A stretch of DNA of 64,000 bases from the NCBI GenBank assembly GCA_963825135.1, contig CAWGRW010000009.1, positions 896,001 through 960,000 of the forward strand, read 5' to 3'. Below the pieces are notes generated by a model, which was not told the DNA's origin, made no database searches, and was given only the letters and a program-made list of their open reading frames with translations. The position numbers and the translations under genes were made by a program. Source of the stretch: an uncultured bacterium (GTDB lineage: Bacteria > Desulfobacterota_D > UBA1144 > Nemesobacterales > UBA2774). Below, piece by piece: positions 51,126-61,333 of the stretch (position 1 is its first letter; every line of letters begins with the position of its first letter).

Positions 51126-52790
51126 TTACATCATACCGCCCATTCCGGGGTGCATGCCGCCCATACCGCCGCCCATTCCGCCTCCACCGCCTCCGCCCGC
51201 ATCTTCCCTGGACTGCGGCTTCTCGGCTATCAGAGCCTCCGTCGTAAGGAGCAGCCCCGCTACGCTGGCCGCATTCTGCATCGCGGTCCTCGTTACCTTC
51301 GCAGGGTCCACTATGCCCGCCTCTATCATATCGCAGTACTCGAGCTTGGCTGCGTCAAACCCGTTTGACCCCTTCTCCTCGCTCACCTTCCCCACCACTA
51401 TCGATCCGTCCCATCCGGCGTTCGTCGCTATCCCTCTCAAAGGCTCCTCGAGCGTTCTCCTCACTATGCTCACTCCGGCCTTCTCCTCGTCGTCGGCCCC
51501 ATGGAACCCGTCCACCGACTTTATAGCCCTTATCAGCGCAACTCCGCCCCCGGGCACTATTCCCTCTTCTACCGCTGCCCTCGTGGCGTTAAGAGCGTCC
51601 TCCACTCTGGCCTTCTTCTCCTTCATCTCGGCCTCGGTCGCTGCCCCTACGCGTATCACCGCGACTCCCCCGGCGAGCTTGGCAAGCCTTTCCTGGAGCT
51701 TCTCCCTGTCGTACTCCCCGCTAGCCTCGTCCACCTGCGCCTTTATCTGTCTTATCCTCCCCTCTATCTCCCCCTTCTTCCCCGCTCCGCCTATTATCGT
51801 CGTATTGTCCTTGTCTATTATTATCTTCTTTGCCCTTCCAAGGTCCTGGAGCTTCGTGTTCTCGAGCTTCATACCCGCTTCCTCGGCCACTACCTTGCCC
51901 CCCGTCAGCACCGCTATGTCTTCCAGCATCGACTTACGCCTGTCCCCGAACCCAGGCGCCTTTACGGCCGCAGCCTTCAGCGTCCCCCTCAGCTTATTCA
52001 CCACCAGCGTGGCCAGCGCCTCCCCCTCTATATCCTCCGCCATTACCAGCAGCGGCTTCGTGCTCCTTGCCACCTCTTCGAGCAACGGCACCATGTCCTT
52101 CATATTCGATATCTTCTTGTCAAACATTAGTATTACCGGGTCTTCGAGCTCTATATGCATCTTCTCCGGGTCCGTTATGAAGTACGGGCTCAGGTACCCC
52201 CTGTCAAACTGCATACCCTCCACCACGTCGAGCTCCGTCTCCAAGCTCTTCCCCTCTTCCACCGTTATTACTCCGTCCTTCCCTACCTTCTCCATAGCGT
52301 CCGCTATGATGTTCCCTATCGTCGAGTCTCCGTTCGCGGATATCGTAGCCACCTGCGCTATCTCCGTGCGGCCCTTTACCTGCTTACTCTGCTTCTTTAT
52401 GCTCTCCACAACCACTTCCACCGCCTTGTCTATGCCTCTCTTGAACTTCATCGGGTCGTGCCCCGCCGCTACGAGCTTTATCCCTTCACGGAATATCGCC
52501 TGCGCCAGTATCGTCGCGGTCGTTGTCCCGTCTCCGGCTACGTCGCTCGTTCGGGACGCCACTTCCTTCACCATCTGCGCCCCCATGTTCTCGAACTTGT
52601 CCTCGAGCTCTATCTCCTTCGCCACCGTGACTCCGTCCTTCGTCACTACAGGCGCCCCGTATGTCTTCTCTATCAACACGTTCCGGCCCCTCGGCCCCAG
52701 CGTCGCCTTTACCGCGTTCGCCAAGGTGTTCACTCCCTTCAGTATCGCGTCCTGTGCCGCCCTATCAAATTTTATTTCCTTCGCTGCCAT
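51126..52790 (-). CDS. groEL: chaperonin GroEL
   Basis: [31 protein letters not shown]-rich tail. Confidence 0.98.
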   Translation of the reverse strand: MAAKEIKFDRAAQDAILKGVNTLANAVKATLGPRGRNVLIEKTYGAPVVTKDGVTVAKEIELEDKFENMGAQMVKEVASRTSDVAGDGTTTATILAQAIFREGIKLVAAGHDPMKFKRGIDKAVEVVVESIKKQSKQVKGRTEIAQVATISANGDSTIGNIIADAMEKVGKDGVITVEEGKSLETELDVVEGMQFDRGYLSPYFITDPEKMHIELEDPVILMFDKKISNMKDMVPLLEEVARSTKPLLVMAEDIEGEALATLVVNKLRGTLKAAAVKAPGFGDRRKSMLEDIAVLTGGKVVAEEAGMKLENTKLQDLGRAKKIIIDKDNTTIIGGAGKKGEIEGRIRQIKAQVDEASGEYDREKLQERLAKLAGGVAVIRVGAATEAEMKEKKARVEDALNATRAAVEEGIVPGGGVALIRAIKSVDGFHGADDEEKAGVSIVRRTLEEPLRGIATNAGWDGSIVVGKVSEEKGSNGFDAAKLEYCDMIEAGIVDPAKVTRTAMQNAASVAGLLLTTEALIAEKPQSREDAGGGGGGGMGGGMGGMHPGMGGMM

Positions 52791-52817
52791 TGCTTGTGTG
52801 ACCTCCGGTTTATTTTA

Positions 52818-53105
52818 TTATTCGATTATTGCAAAAATTTCACTTTCGTCGATGATGATGTAATCATCTCCCTTAAAACTTATCTCCGTGCCGCCGTATC
52901 TTCCGAAAAGCACCCTGTCGCCCTTTTTAACGTCGAGTGCCCTCGTGGAGCCGTTTTCGAGCACCTTGCCTTTGCCCACAGCAACCACCGCTCCCTCCTG
53001 TGGTTTTTCGGTCGCGTTATCGGGAATTATTATGCCTCCTTTGGTTTTTTCAGGCGCATCGACTCTTTTTACTAAAACCTTATCGTTAAGCGGTTTTACT
53101 CCCAT
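52818..53105 (-). CDS. groES: co-chaperonin GroES
   Basis: KPLNDKVLV, TKGGIIIPD..EKPQEG.VVAVG. Confidence 0.96.
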   Translation of the reverse strand: MGVKPLNDKVLVKRVDAPEKTKGGIIIPDNATEKPQEGAVVAVGKGKVLENGSTRALDVKKGDRVLFGRYGGTEISFKGDDYIIIDESEIFAIIE

Positions 53106-53311
53106 AAAATCTAACCTCCTGCTGGATATTTGTATAAAAGGGTATTGAAAATGTTGCAGAGAAAACTATCTATAAAATATGCATCAATTTCGCGGTGTCA
53201 AGGGTCAAGACCGAAAATGATATAAACGTGTATTATGTGTCCGCGCAAGCAATAATCTAATAATTCCAGGTTATTGAGACGAGTAATGGCCGGTCCGGAT
53301 GAAAGCGCCCG

Positions 53312-53674
53312 TCACATATCGGCTTCGAAAGCGTTTTTAATGGTCCTGCTCGTGTTGCTCGAGAGATCGACGGAGACCACATCAAACCGCATTGCCCGGG
53401 ATTTAAGCCCTTTCGATTCTATGTAACTGAAAGCCGCAGCCTGAATCTTCTTCTGTTTTCGGCCTGTTACGGCTTCTTCGGGGAGTCCGAAGCTGAAGGA
53501 CGACTTTGCTTTTACCTCGATGAAGCAGAGTACCTTATCCCTGTCTTCGGCTATGAGATCGATCTCACCCTGCCTGCACCTGTAATTCTTCTCGATAATT
53601 TTATACCTATCCTTTTTAAGCGCCTTGCAGGCTATATCCTCGCCCCTTTGTCCGAGAGATTTGCTGTCCGCCAT
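53312..53674 (-). CDS. yraN: YraN family protein (UPF0102)
   Basis: GQRGEDIA, NYRCRQGEIDLIA, FIEVK, RFDVV. Confidence 0.9.
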   Translation of the reverse strand: MADSKSLGQRGEDIACKALKKDRYKIIEKNYRCRQGEIDLIAEDRDKVLCFIEVKAKSSFSFGLPEEAVTGRKQKKIQAAAFSYIESKGLKSRAMRFDVVSVDLSSNTSRTIKNAFEADM

Positions 53675-53706
53675 GGCTACATGTAACGAAGATTACCCTT
53701 TATCAT

Positions 53707-56310
53707 TTAACTATCCCGGTCGTTCTCAAGCCTGCTTTTGAGCTCGGCGAGCTTTGCCAAAGCGTCGAGCGGCGTCATGGAGTTCGTATCGAGGGTCCTG
53801 ATTTCCTCGATTACCGGATTCTCCGCCGCCGTTTCCCCGACACCCTCGCCCCCGAACAGGGATATCTGCCCGCCGATTATGGAGCTCCTCAGCCCCGACT
53901 GCATTTTCTCCAGCTTTGACAAGACTTTCTGCGCATTCCTTATGACCGCGTCGGGCACCCCCGCTAACCTGGCCACCTGTATGCCGTAGCTGTGGCTCGC
54001 TGCCCCGGGAATAAGCTTTCTGAGGAAAACTATCCTCTCTCCGCTCTCCTTTACGTAAATATTGTAGTTCCTTATCCTTCGCCTGGACATCGCGAGATCG
54101 GCGAGCTCATGGTAGTGGGTGGCGAAGAGGGTCAACGCTCCCCTGTCGTGCAGGTGCTCGGCAACAGCCCAGGCTATGCTCATTCCGTCGAATGTACTCG
54201 TCCCCCTGCCGATCTCGTCCAGTACGACGAGGCTCCGGCTGGTGGCGTGCCTCAGTATGTATGCGGTCTCGACCATCTCCACCATGAACGTCGATTGCCC
54301 TTTCGCAAGATTATCCGAGGCCCCGACCCTCGTGAATATCCTGTCAGTGATCCCGATCCTCGCGTGTGTCGAGGGGACGAAGCTCCCCATCTGGGCCATT
54401 ATTACAGAGAGAGCGACCTGCCTAATGAGGGTCGATTTACCGGCCATGTTGGGGCCGGTGATTAACAGGAACTGGTTTTCATCCGTATCGAGCCTGATGT
54501 CGTTCGGGACGAAACGCTCCCCCAAATCCATCCTCTCCACGACCGGGTGCCTGTTGTTTTTTAGCTCTATGATCCCGGATTCGGCCATCTGGGGTCTGAC
54601 ATAGGAGTATTTCTCGGCAGTCTCGGAAAGCGAGCACAACACGTCAAGCTCCGCTATGAGGGACGAGCTGAGCCTTATTCTTTCCGATTCATGCGCCACC
54701 TTTTTTCTGAGCTCCTCAAAAAGCTCCTTCTCAATTTCGAGTATCCTTTCCTCCGCCCCAAGAATCTTTTCCTCGTACTCCTTAAGCTCCTCGGTTATGT
54801 ACCTCTCGGCGTTCGCGAGAGTCTGCCTTCTTATGTACCTTTCGGGAACGAGAGAGAGGTTCGACTTGGAAACCTCTATGTAATAACCGAACACCCTGTT
54901 GTAGCTCACTTTGAGCGAGTTAATTCCGGCGGCGCTTCTCTCCCTCGCCTCGAGCTCGACGATCCACTTCTTCCCGTCCCGCCTGAGCGATCTGAGCTCG
55001 TCGAGCTCGCCGCTCACCCCTTCCCTTATCATTCCCCCGTCCCGCGCCGATAACGGGGGAGCATCTACGAGCGTCCTCTCGAGAATCCCCCTGAGATCGC
55101 TCAGATCATCCAGATTATCCGCTACATTCTTCAATATCTCCGAGCCCGCGCCATGTAGCGGGGTTTTTATCTTCTTTATGTATAAAGAGGAGTCACGGAG
55201 CGCTCCCAGGTCCCTCGGCCTCGCGGACGAAGTCGCTATCCTTCCTATGAGCCTTTCGATATCGCTTATCTCTTTAAGCGCGCTCCTTACCTCAGCCCTT
55301 ATACCCGCCCTCCTCTTTAGCTCCTCCACCGCGTCGAGCCTCTCCCCTATCTTGCCCGTATCCAGGAGCGGGCAGTTTATCCACCGCTTGAGAAGCCTCC
55401 CGCCCATGGCGGTCATCGTTTCATCCAGCACCCCTAGGAGAGACCCGTCCGTATCGCCTCCCGCCGACTTCAGGAGCTCAAGATTTTTCTTTGACGAATC
55501 GTCTATAACCAGATATTCCGATTTTTCGTAGAACTCAGGCTCATCGAGCGGAGGCATGTCCTCCATCTGGGTGTCGCGCAGGTACTGAATGAGCGCGCCT
55601 GACGCGGTTATCGCCTCGGGCTTATCCTCAAGGCCGTACGGTTCGAGTGTCTTTGCGCCCAGGTGCCCGAGAAGGAGTTCCCTCGCGCGGTCGGGGTCCC
55701 AAATCCAGGAATCGAGAAGCGTAACGAGGGGGTTCGACGATCTGCCGAGCGAGCCGCCGATCGCATTGTTCCCGTCGGATACCTCCTGAAGGAGTATCTC
55801 TTTCGGCTCAATCTGATATATCTCGTTCATAAGGTCGTCGATAGTATTAAAAACAGTAGTTCTGAATAGTCCCGTCGAGATATCCGTATAAGCGAGCCCG
55901 TAAGAGCCGTTCCCCACATAAACGCTCGCGAGATAATTATTCGACTTGGAATCGAGGTTCTCGGAATCGAGCACGGCCCCCGGAGTCAGCACCCTGACGA
56001 CCTTCCGCTTTACCACACCCTTGGCGGATTTGGGGTCCTCGATCTGCTCGCATATCGCGACCTTGTGCCCGCACTTTAAGAGCTTCACCAGATACGGCTC
56101 GGCGCTGTGATGAGGGACTCCGCAGAGGGGAACAGGGTTCTTGTCCGATTTGCTTCTCGACGTGAGCGCAATGCCTAAAATCTTGGACGCGACCTTCGCG
56201 TCTTCATAAAACATCTCGTAAAAGTCCCCGAGCCTGAAAAAAAGAATGGAGTCCGGGTACTCCTTCTTCATCGTCAGGTACTGCTTAAGCATCGGGGTTT
56301 CCGGGGGCAT
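53707..56310 (-). CDS. mutS: DNA mismatch repair protein MutS
   Basis: TPMLKQY, FFRLGDFYEMF, TGPNMAGKST, STFMVEM, DEIGRGTST, FATHYHEL. Confidence 0.98.
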   Translation of the reverse strand: MPPETPMLKQYLTMKKEYPDSILFFRLGDFYEMFYEDAKVASKILGIALTSRSKSDKNPVPLCGVPHHSAEPYLVKLLKCGHKVAICEQIEDPKSAKGVVKRKVVRVLTPGAVLDSENLDSKSNNYLASVYVGNGSYGLAYTDISTGLFRTTVFNTIDDLMNEIYQIEPKEILLQEVSDGNNAIGGSLGRSSNPLVTLLDSWIWDPDRARELLLGHLGAKTLEPYGLEDKPEAITASGALIQYLRDTQMEDMPPLDEPEFYEKSEYLVIDDSSKKNLELLKSAGGDTDGSLLGVLDETMTAMGGRLLKRWINCPLLDTGKIGERLDAVEELKRRAGIRAEVRSALKEISDIERLIGRIATSSARPRDLGALRDSSLYIKKIKTPLHGAGSEILKNVADNLDDLSDLRGILERTLVDAPPLSARDGGMIREGVSGELDELRSLRRDGKKWIVELEARERSAAGINSLKVSYNRVFGYYIEVSKSNLSLVPERYIRRQTLANAERYITEELKEYEEKILGAEERILEIEKELFEELRKKVAHESERIRLSSSLIAELDVLCSLSETAEKYSYVRPQMAESGIIELKNNRHPVVERMDLGERFVPNDIRLDTDENQFLLITGPNMAGKSTLIRQVALSVIMAQMGSFVPSTHARIGITDRIFTRVGASDNLAKGQSTFMVEMVETAYILRHATSRSLVVLDEIGRGTSTFDGMSIAWAVAEHLHDRGALTLFATHYHELADLAMSRRRIRNYNIYVKESGERIVFLRKLIPGAASHSYGIQVARLAGVPDAVIRNAQKVLSKLEKMQSGLRSSIIGGQISLFGGEGVGETAAENPVIEEIRTLDTNSMTPLDALAKLAELKSRLENDRDS

Positions 56311-56529
56311 GAGTAGATTATATCGACTGGCCGGCTAACTCTCAATTTATACCTGATCTTCTTGATGTGCCTGTTGAGACGTAATAGAATAATGCCGGAG
56401 TCGGCCGCCCGTCCTTGCCTCATACGGGCGCCGGTGATAGATTAATTCCTTTTATTAAGAAGCCCGGGCATTCGGCTCCGGACTCCTTAACGGTTAGTTG
56501 CCCAAATTACGGTTCCCAAGGGGAGCGAA

Positions 56530-57618
56530 TTGATAAAACCCAATCCTTTTGTAAGGGACTTGATACCCTATGTTCCCGGAAAGCCCGTCGAGGAGCTCGA
56601 ACGGGAACTCGGAATCACGGGCGCGATAAAGATAGCGTCAAACGAAAACCCGGTCGGCCCGTCTCCCCTTGCCCTAAAGGCAGCAGAGGAGGCCTTGAGC
56701 AACATCCACCGCTATCCGGACGGGGACGCTTTTTACCTCAAACACAAACTTTCCGACGCACTGGGCATAAATCCCGAGAACCTCATATTCGGGAACGGCT
56801 CGAACGACGTGCTCGACATAGCGGCCAGGACGTTCCTGTCCCCCGGGGACGAAGCCGTCATGGGCGAGTTCGCGTTCATCGTGTATCCGATCGTTACCAA
56901 GGCCGTCGGCGCGAAGGCCGTAATCTCTCCCATGCCCGGCTACACCCATAACCTGAAGGACATGTACTCCCGCATCACGCCCAGGACCAGGGCCGTATTC
57001 ATCGCGAATCCCAACAACCCCACAGGCTCCATGGTAAAGAGGGACGAGCTCGAATGGTTTCTGGATAAGGTTCATGAGGACGTGCTCGTAGTCATAGACG
57101 AAGCCTACTTCGAGTACGTCGAGGACCCGGAATACCCCGATTCCCTGACATATCATAATACGGGGAAATCCATATTCACGGTGAGAACGTTTTCCAAAAT
57201 ATACGGTCTTGCGGGCCTCAGGCTCGGCTACGGTATCGCGTATAAGGATATGGTATCGGCCATGCAGAGGGCGAGGCACCCGTTCAATACGAGCTCCGTC
57301 GCCCAGGCGGCGGCAAAAGCCGCGCTCGACGACCACGAGCACGTGAAAAGATCGAGGGACGTAAACAGGGAGGGGCTCGGGTATTTAACAGGCGAGCTCG
57401 GCAGGCTCGGTATTCCCCATACGCCCACTTATACTAATTTCATACTTATTGACCTCGGACAAGACCCCATGCCGCTCTACAACGCACTTCTGAGGGAAGG
57501 GGTTATAGTGAGGCCCGTCGGGGGTTACGGTCTGAAAACGCACCTCCGCGTAACGATCGGGCTTCCGGAAGAGAACGAGAGGTTTGTGAGAGCGATGAAG
57601 AAGGTCACCGGCAAATGA
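56530..57618 (+). CDS. hisC: histidinol-phosphate aminotransferase
   Basis: YVPGKP, ASNENP, NPNNPTG, DEAYFEY, RTFSKIYGLAGLRLGY. Confidence 0.95.
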   Translation: MIKPNPFVRDLIPYVPGKPVEELERELGITGAIKIASNENPVGPSPLALKAAEEALSNIHRYPDGDAFYLKHKLSDALGINPENLIFGNGSNDVLDIAARTFLSPGDEAVMGEFAFIVYPIVTKAVGAKAVISPMPGYTHNLKDMYSRITPRTRAVFIANPNNPTGSMVKRDELEWFLDKVHEDVLVVIDEAYFEYVEDPEYPDSLTYHNTGKSIFTVRTFSKIYGLAGLRLGYGIAYKDMVSAMQRARHPFNTSSVAQAAAKAALDDHEHVKRSRDVNREGLGYLTGELGRLGIPHTPTYTNFILIDLGQDPMPLYNALLREGVIVRPVGGYGLKTHLRVTIGLPEENERFVRAMKKVTGK

Positions 57619-58482
57619 AGGATAGAAAATTCGGGAAGGTCGCTATCGTCGGCCTCGGGCTCATTGGCGGCTCGCTTGCCTGGTCTCTCAAAAAGTCAGG
57701 CAGAATCGAGAACGTCACGGGCATAGATGCCGATGTGGATTCCATCGATTTCGCGATCTCTAAGAATATAATCGACGAAGGGCATACCGACCTCCGTAAG
57801 GGGGTTTCCGGGGCTGAAATAGTCGTGATTGCGACCCATGTCGGAGAAATCATAAAAACCGCGAGGGAGATTATACCCTGCTCAGCGAAGGGGGCGGTAA
57901 TCACCGATGTCGGGAGCGTTAAGGGAAAAATCGTAAGGGATATTGAGAAGCTACTCCCCGCTCGTGTTCATTTCGTAGGAGGTCATCCGATAGCAGGCAC
58001 CGAAAACTCCGGAGTTAGGGCGGGAGACCCGGACCTCTTTAAGGGTAAGAGGTTTATCATTACCCCCACCTCTAAAACCGATCCCAAAGCAATCAAGAAG
58101 GTCGCCTCGTTGTGGGAGGTTGCGGGCTCGGACGTCTACGAGATGGACCCCCAGGCGCACGACCGCATTTTCGGCTTCGTGAGCCACCTCCCGCATATAG
58201 TCGCCTATTCTCTGGTAGACACCGTGCTCTCCGCCCCTGATTCGGAAACCCTCCTCGACTTTGCCGGGGGGGGGGTTACGGGATTTCACCAGGGTCGCAG
58301 CAAGCTCGCCCGCGATGTGGTCCGATATATTTTCTGCAAACAGGGTGAATACGCTTAAAGCGCTGAGGAAATTCAGGAAATCCCTACAGAAGCTGGAGGC
58401 CGCAATCGAGAGCGGGGATTCGGAGCAGCTCAGGAAACTCCTCTCGAGGAGCTCACGCGCAAGGCGCAGGGACTTTAAGTAA
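57615..58482 (+). pseudogene. tyrA: prephenate/arogenate dehydrogenase, frameshifted in a G10 run (58266-58275)
   Basis: GLGLIGGS, TDVGSVK, GGHPIAGTE, SHLPH; removing one G restores AGGGLRDFTRVAASSPAMW and a stop at 58482. Confidence 0.9.
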
Positions 58483-58489
58483 ACCCCGG

Positions 58490-58981
58490 TCAGTTAGAGG
58501 GGCCTCCAAGCCCCAGTTTCCGGATTATATCGTCGGCGATCGATTCCGGGTCCCGGGAAATATCCTCGGTGAGTATATTTTCGGGCTCCTCGAGCGCACT
58601 CAACTGGCTTTCAAGGATTTGCGCTCCCGCGAAATGACCCTTTCTCTGCCCTAACCTTCCCTTTATTAATTCCATGCTGCCCGCGAGATAGACAAACCGT
58701 ATATCGGAGCCGCCCTCCCCGAGCATATCCCTGTATGCCTGCTTAAGCGCGGAGCATGCAATTACGGCGGGCGCACTCAGCCCCTCTATCAAGCTGCGTA
58801 TCGCCCCGAGCCAGGGCAGCCTGTCGTCATCCGTTAGCGGTATGCCTTTATTTATCTTCTCTATATTTTCTTTCGAGTGAAAATCGTCGGCGTCGTAGAA
58901 ACTCCATCCGAGCTTACGCGCAAGCAGCTCTCCGATAGTGGTCTTCCCCGCCCCGGCGACGCCCATAATTATGAGAACCAT
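58490..58981 (-). CDS. gntK: gluconokinase
   Basis: MGVAGAGKTT, DADDFH, PLTDDDRLPWL, ACSALK, SQLSALEEP. Confidence 0.88.
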   Translation of the reverse strand: MVLIIMGVAGAGKTTIGELLARKLGWSFYDADDFHSKENIEKINKGIPLTDDDRLPWLGAIRSLIEGLSAPAVIACSALKQAYRDMLGEGGSDIRFVYLAGSMELIKGRLGQRKGHFAGAQILESQLSALEEPENILTEDISRDPESIADDIIRKLGLGGPSN

Positions 58982-59130
58982 GCGTCCCGGAATATAACAA
59001 GATGATACATAGGTTCTAGCATAAGCGCGTTCCGGCGTCTGTTTCGATTATTTTTCAACGCCCGGAAAGAATTATACAATTAGAATCCGACTCTCAAACT
59101 ACTTCCTCCAGACAGGCCGATCCAACCGAC

Positions 59131-59199
59131 TCAGCATCTACAGGCGGTGACGAAAAGAGCAACGGATAGCATGAAAATCAAGGCAGCATACGTACGCAT
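59131..59199 (-). CDS. putative small lipoprotein-like peptide (22 aa)
   Basis: GAGGAGG RBS; MRTYAALIFMLSVALFVTACRC with lipobox-like VTAC; below the ORF-track cutoff. Confidence 0.35.
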   Translation of the reverse strand: MRTYAALIFMLSVALFVTACRC

Positions 59200-59316
59200 A
59201 TTCCCTCCTCGCAGCAAACGGATTTATAAGGCTATATGAAATTATAATCGTATTATTGCATTTTGGAACCTGAGTTTGTCCGGCAAATTATCAGGCAGGC
59301 ACGGGCGGATTATTCT

Positions 59317-59919
59317 CTAACAGCGTCCCGAATGTATGTCGAGAGCGGACGCAAGGCCCTCTCTTATCGGCTCTATCTCCGTTTTGTAAAACTCCAGATC
59401 CTTGTCATAATCGATCGGGTCCCGCTGCCATGAGGAGAACCGTTCGAATATGAATTTGAGGTTAGAGGCAACGTCCGGGGAATCAAAAACCCAGCCGAAA
59501 TCCTCTTTAAGCGGGAAAAACAACCTGAAAAAGAAGATCTTGCGGGTCAGGTGGTCCTCCAGAATTTCAAAATCATCGATCTCGAGATTTATAAGGTCAA
59601 ACCACCCGGTCCTCACCCAGCTATATCCCCCGCCGAAAGCCTTGGCGAGCTCCGCCGTCAGGCCGAGCCTCTCACCGGCTTCCTTCACCAATTCCGTAAA
59701 TACGTAGGCGGCTTCCCTGGTGAGGTAATCGTGCTCGTGTATCTTTTTCTCCATCCCGATCAGGTTGCGGATGAGCTGGGGCTCCCGTTCGACGTACCGG
59801 ACGAGATCGAATTTGCCTATATCTCCGCAAAATTCAAGCGATACGGATATGTTTTCCCATTCTCTTTTGGCAATCTGAAATACTGATCTTATCTCCATGT
59901 CAAACAATTTGCTCCGCAA
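59317..59919 (-). CDS. hypothetical protein
   Basis: 200-aa ORF with host-like codons filling the gap; no recognised motif; start may be ATG 59898. Confidence 0.65.
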   Translation of the reverse strand: MRSKLFDMEIRSVFQIAKREWENISVSLEFCGDIGKFDLVRYVEREPQLIRNLIGMEKKIHEHDYLTREAAYVFTELVKEAGERLGLTAELAKAFGGGYSWVRTGWFDLINLEIDDFEILEDHLTRKIFFFRLFFPLKEDFGWVFDSPDVASNLKFIFERFSSWQRDPIDYDKDLEFYKTEIEPIREGLASALDIHSGRC

Positions 59920-60200
59920 GTCGCACAGTTTATTTGAACAAGCCGAGACACAATCGTCCGACCCTTCACGAACACTCCCAGACGATAGTTCATAAGGATT
60001 AAGAATAGATGAACCGCCTGTTAATCTCCGGTTAACCCTACTCCGCGCCCTATACCTGCCAGCGATATCCCAAACGACAGAAGACCCTCACCCCGCTCAC
60101 GGGCAGGCCCTGACCCTGGCGCCGGGTTAGGGTAAAATTGTTCAACCTGCCGATCCGGTATTAAAATATATTATCAACAATTCAGTAATCATAGGAGACC

Positions 60201-60240
60201 GTTAACTAGGGTTTAATCTTCTCTTAACATATTCTTCATA
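60201..60240 (+). promoter_or_regulatory. Pho-box-like direct repeats upstream of pstS
   Basis: GTTAAC / TTTAAT / CTTAAC / CTTCAT at 60201, 60212, 60223, 60234 (11-bp period). Confidence 0.65.
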
Positions 60241-60291
60241 ATCCTCGGTTTTAATGCTTGCCAGTTAAAACTCTTAAGGAGGTATTACAAA

Positions 60292-61290
60292 ATGATTAGA
60301 GGAGAGTTTCTCAAAAGCAGCTTGATTGCCGGCTTTACAGCATTCGTATTAGCGCTTGCCGTAAACATCACCATGGCGGCCGAGACCGCTCAGGTCGATC
60401 CGGCCATCCCGACGTATACAAAGACGAGCGGGGTTTCCGGGAACATCAACAGCATAGGCTCTGACACCATGAATAACCTCATGACCCTCTGGTGCGAGGG
60501 GTTCACAAAGAGTTACCCGAACGTTAAGTGCCAGATCGAGGGTAAGGGTTCAAGCACAGCCCCACCGGCGCTAATCGAGGGGACGGCACAGTTCGGCCCC
60601 ATGTCGCGTTCTATGAAGGATAAAGAAATAGATGATTTCGAAAAGAAGTTCGGTTACAAGCCGACCGAAGTAAAAACCTCGATCGACACGCTCGCTGTTT
60701 TCGTGAGCAAAGACAACCCGATCGATTGTTTGACCATGGAGCAGGTAGATGCAATCTTCTCGAAGAACAGGGCCTGCGGCGGGGCTCAGGACATTACGAC
60801 CTGGGGTCAGCTCGGATTAACCGGAGAATGGGCGAATGTGCCGATAAGTATGTACGGCAGAAACTCGGCCTCCGGCACCTACGGATATTTCAAGGAGCAT
60901 ACGCTTTGCAAGGGCGACTACAAAGACTCCGTTAAGGAACAGCCGGGTTCCGCGTCCGTCGTTCAGGGCGTCACGGAAGACAAAGGCGCCATCGGATACA
61001 GCGGAATCGGGTATGTGACGTCCGGCGTCAAGCCGCTCAAGCTGGGCAAAAAACCGGGCGAATGTGCAGTGCCGAATCTGGCGAATGTTCTTAACAAAAC
61101 ATATCCCCTCGGCAGATTTCTTTATATCTATGTAAACAAGAAACCGAACGAAGCGCTCGATCCCCTTCGCCTCGAGTTCTTAAAATATGTGCTCAGTCAG
61201 GAGGGGCAGGCAGTCGTAATTAAAGACGGTTATGACCCGCTACCGGGGAACATCGACGCGGAACAGTGGACAGTAATTGGAACTAATTAA
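60292..61290 (+). CDS. pstS: phosphate ABC transporter substrate-binding protein
   Basis: signal peptide; [42 protein letters not shown]. Confidence 0.93.
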   Translation: MIRGEFLKSSLIAGFTAFVLALAVNITMAAETAQVDPAIPTYTKTSGVSGNINSIGSDTMNNLMTLWCEGFTKSYPNVKCQIEGKGSSTAPPALIEGTAQFGPMSRSMKDKEIDDFEKKFGYKPTEVKTSIDTLAVFVSKDNPIDCLTMEQVDAIFSKNRACGGAQDITTWGQLGLTGEWANVPISMYGRNSASGTYGYFKEHTLCKGDYKDSVKEQPGSASVVQGVTEDKGAIGYSGIGYVTSGVKPLKLGKKPGECAVPNLANVLNKTYPLGRFLYIYVNKKPNEALDPLRLEFLKYVLSQEGQAVVIKDGYDPLPGNIDAEQWTVIGTN

Positions 61291-61333
61291 GATTTAACAG
61301 ATTTAAAATACGGTCTGGTCCGGAAATTTACTC

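Noticed and set aside
51076..53075. Long + strand ORFs (595, 209, 306 aa) opposite groEL/groES
   Set aside because: They are antisense shadows produced by groEL codon bias, with low-complexity Ser/Pro/Leu translations.
53213..53245. dif-like sequence (ataa..ttatgt)
   Set aside because: The spacer is 7 nt rather than 6 and the XerD arm (TTATGTTAAAT) matches poorly.
53106..53311. CIRCE element upstream of groES
   Set aside because: No TTAGCACTC-N9-GAGTGCTAA inverted repeat is present.
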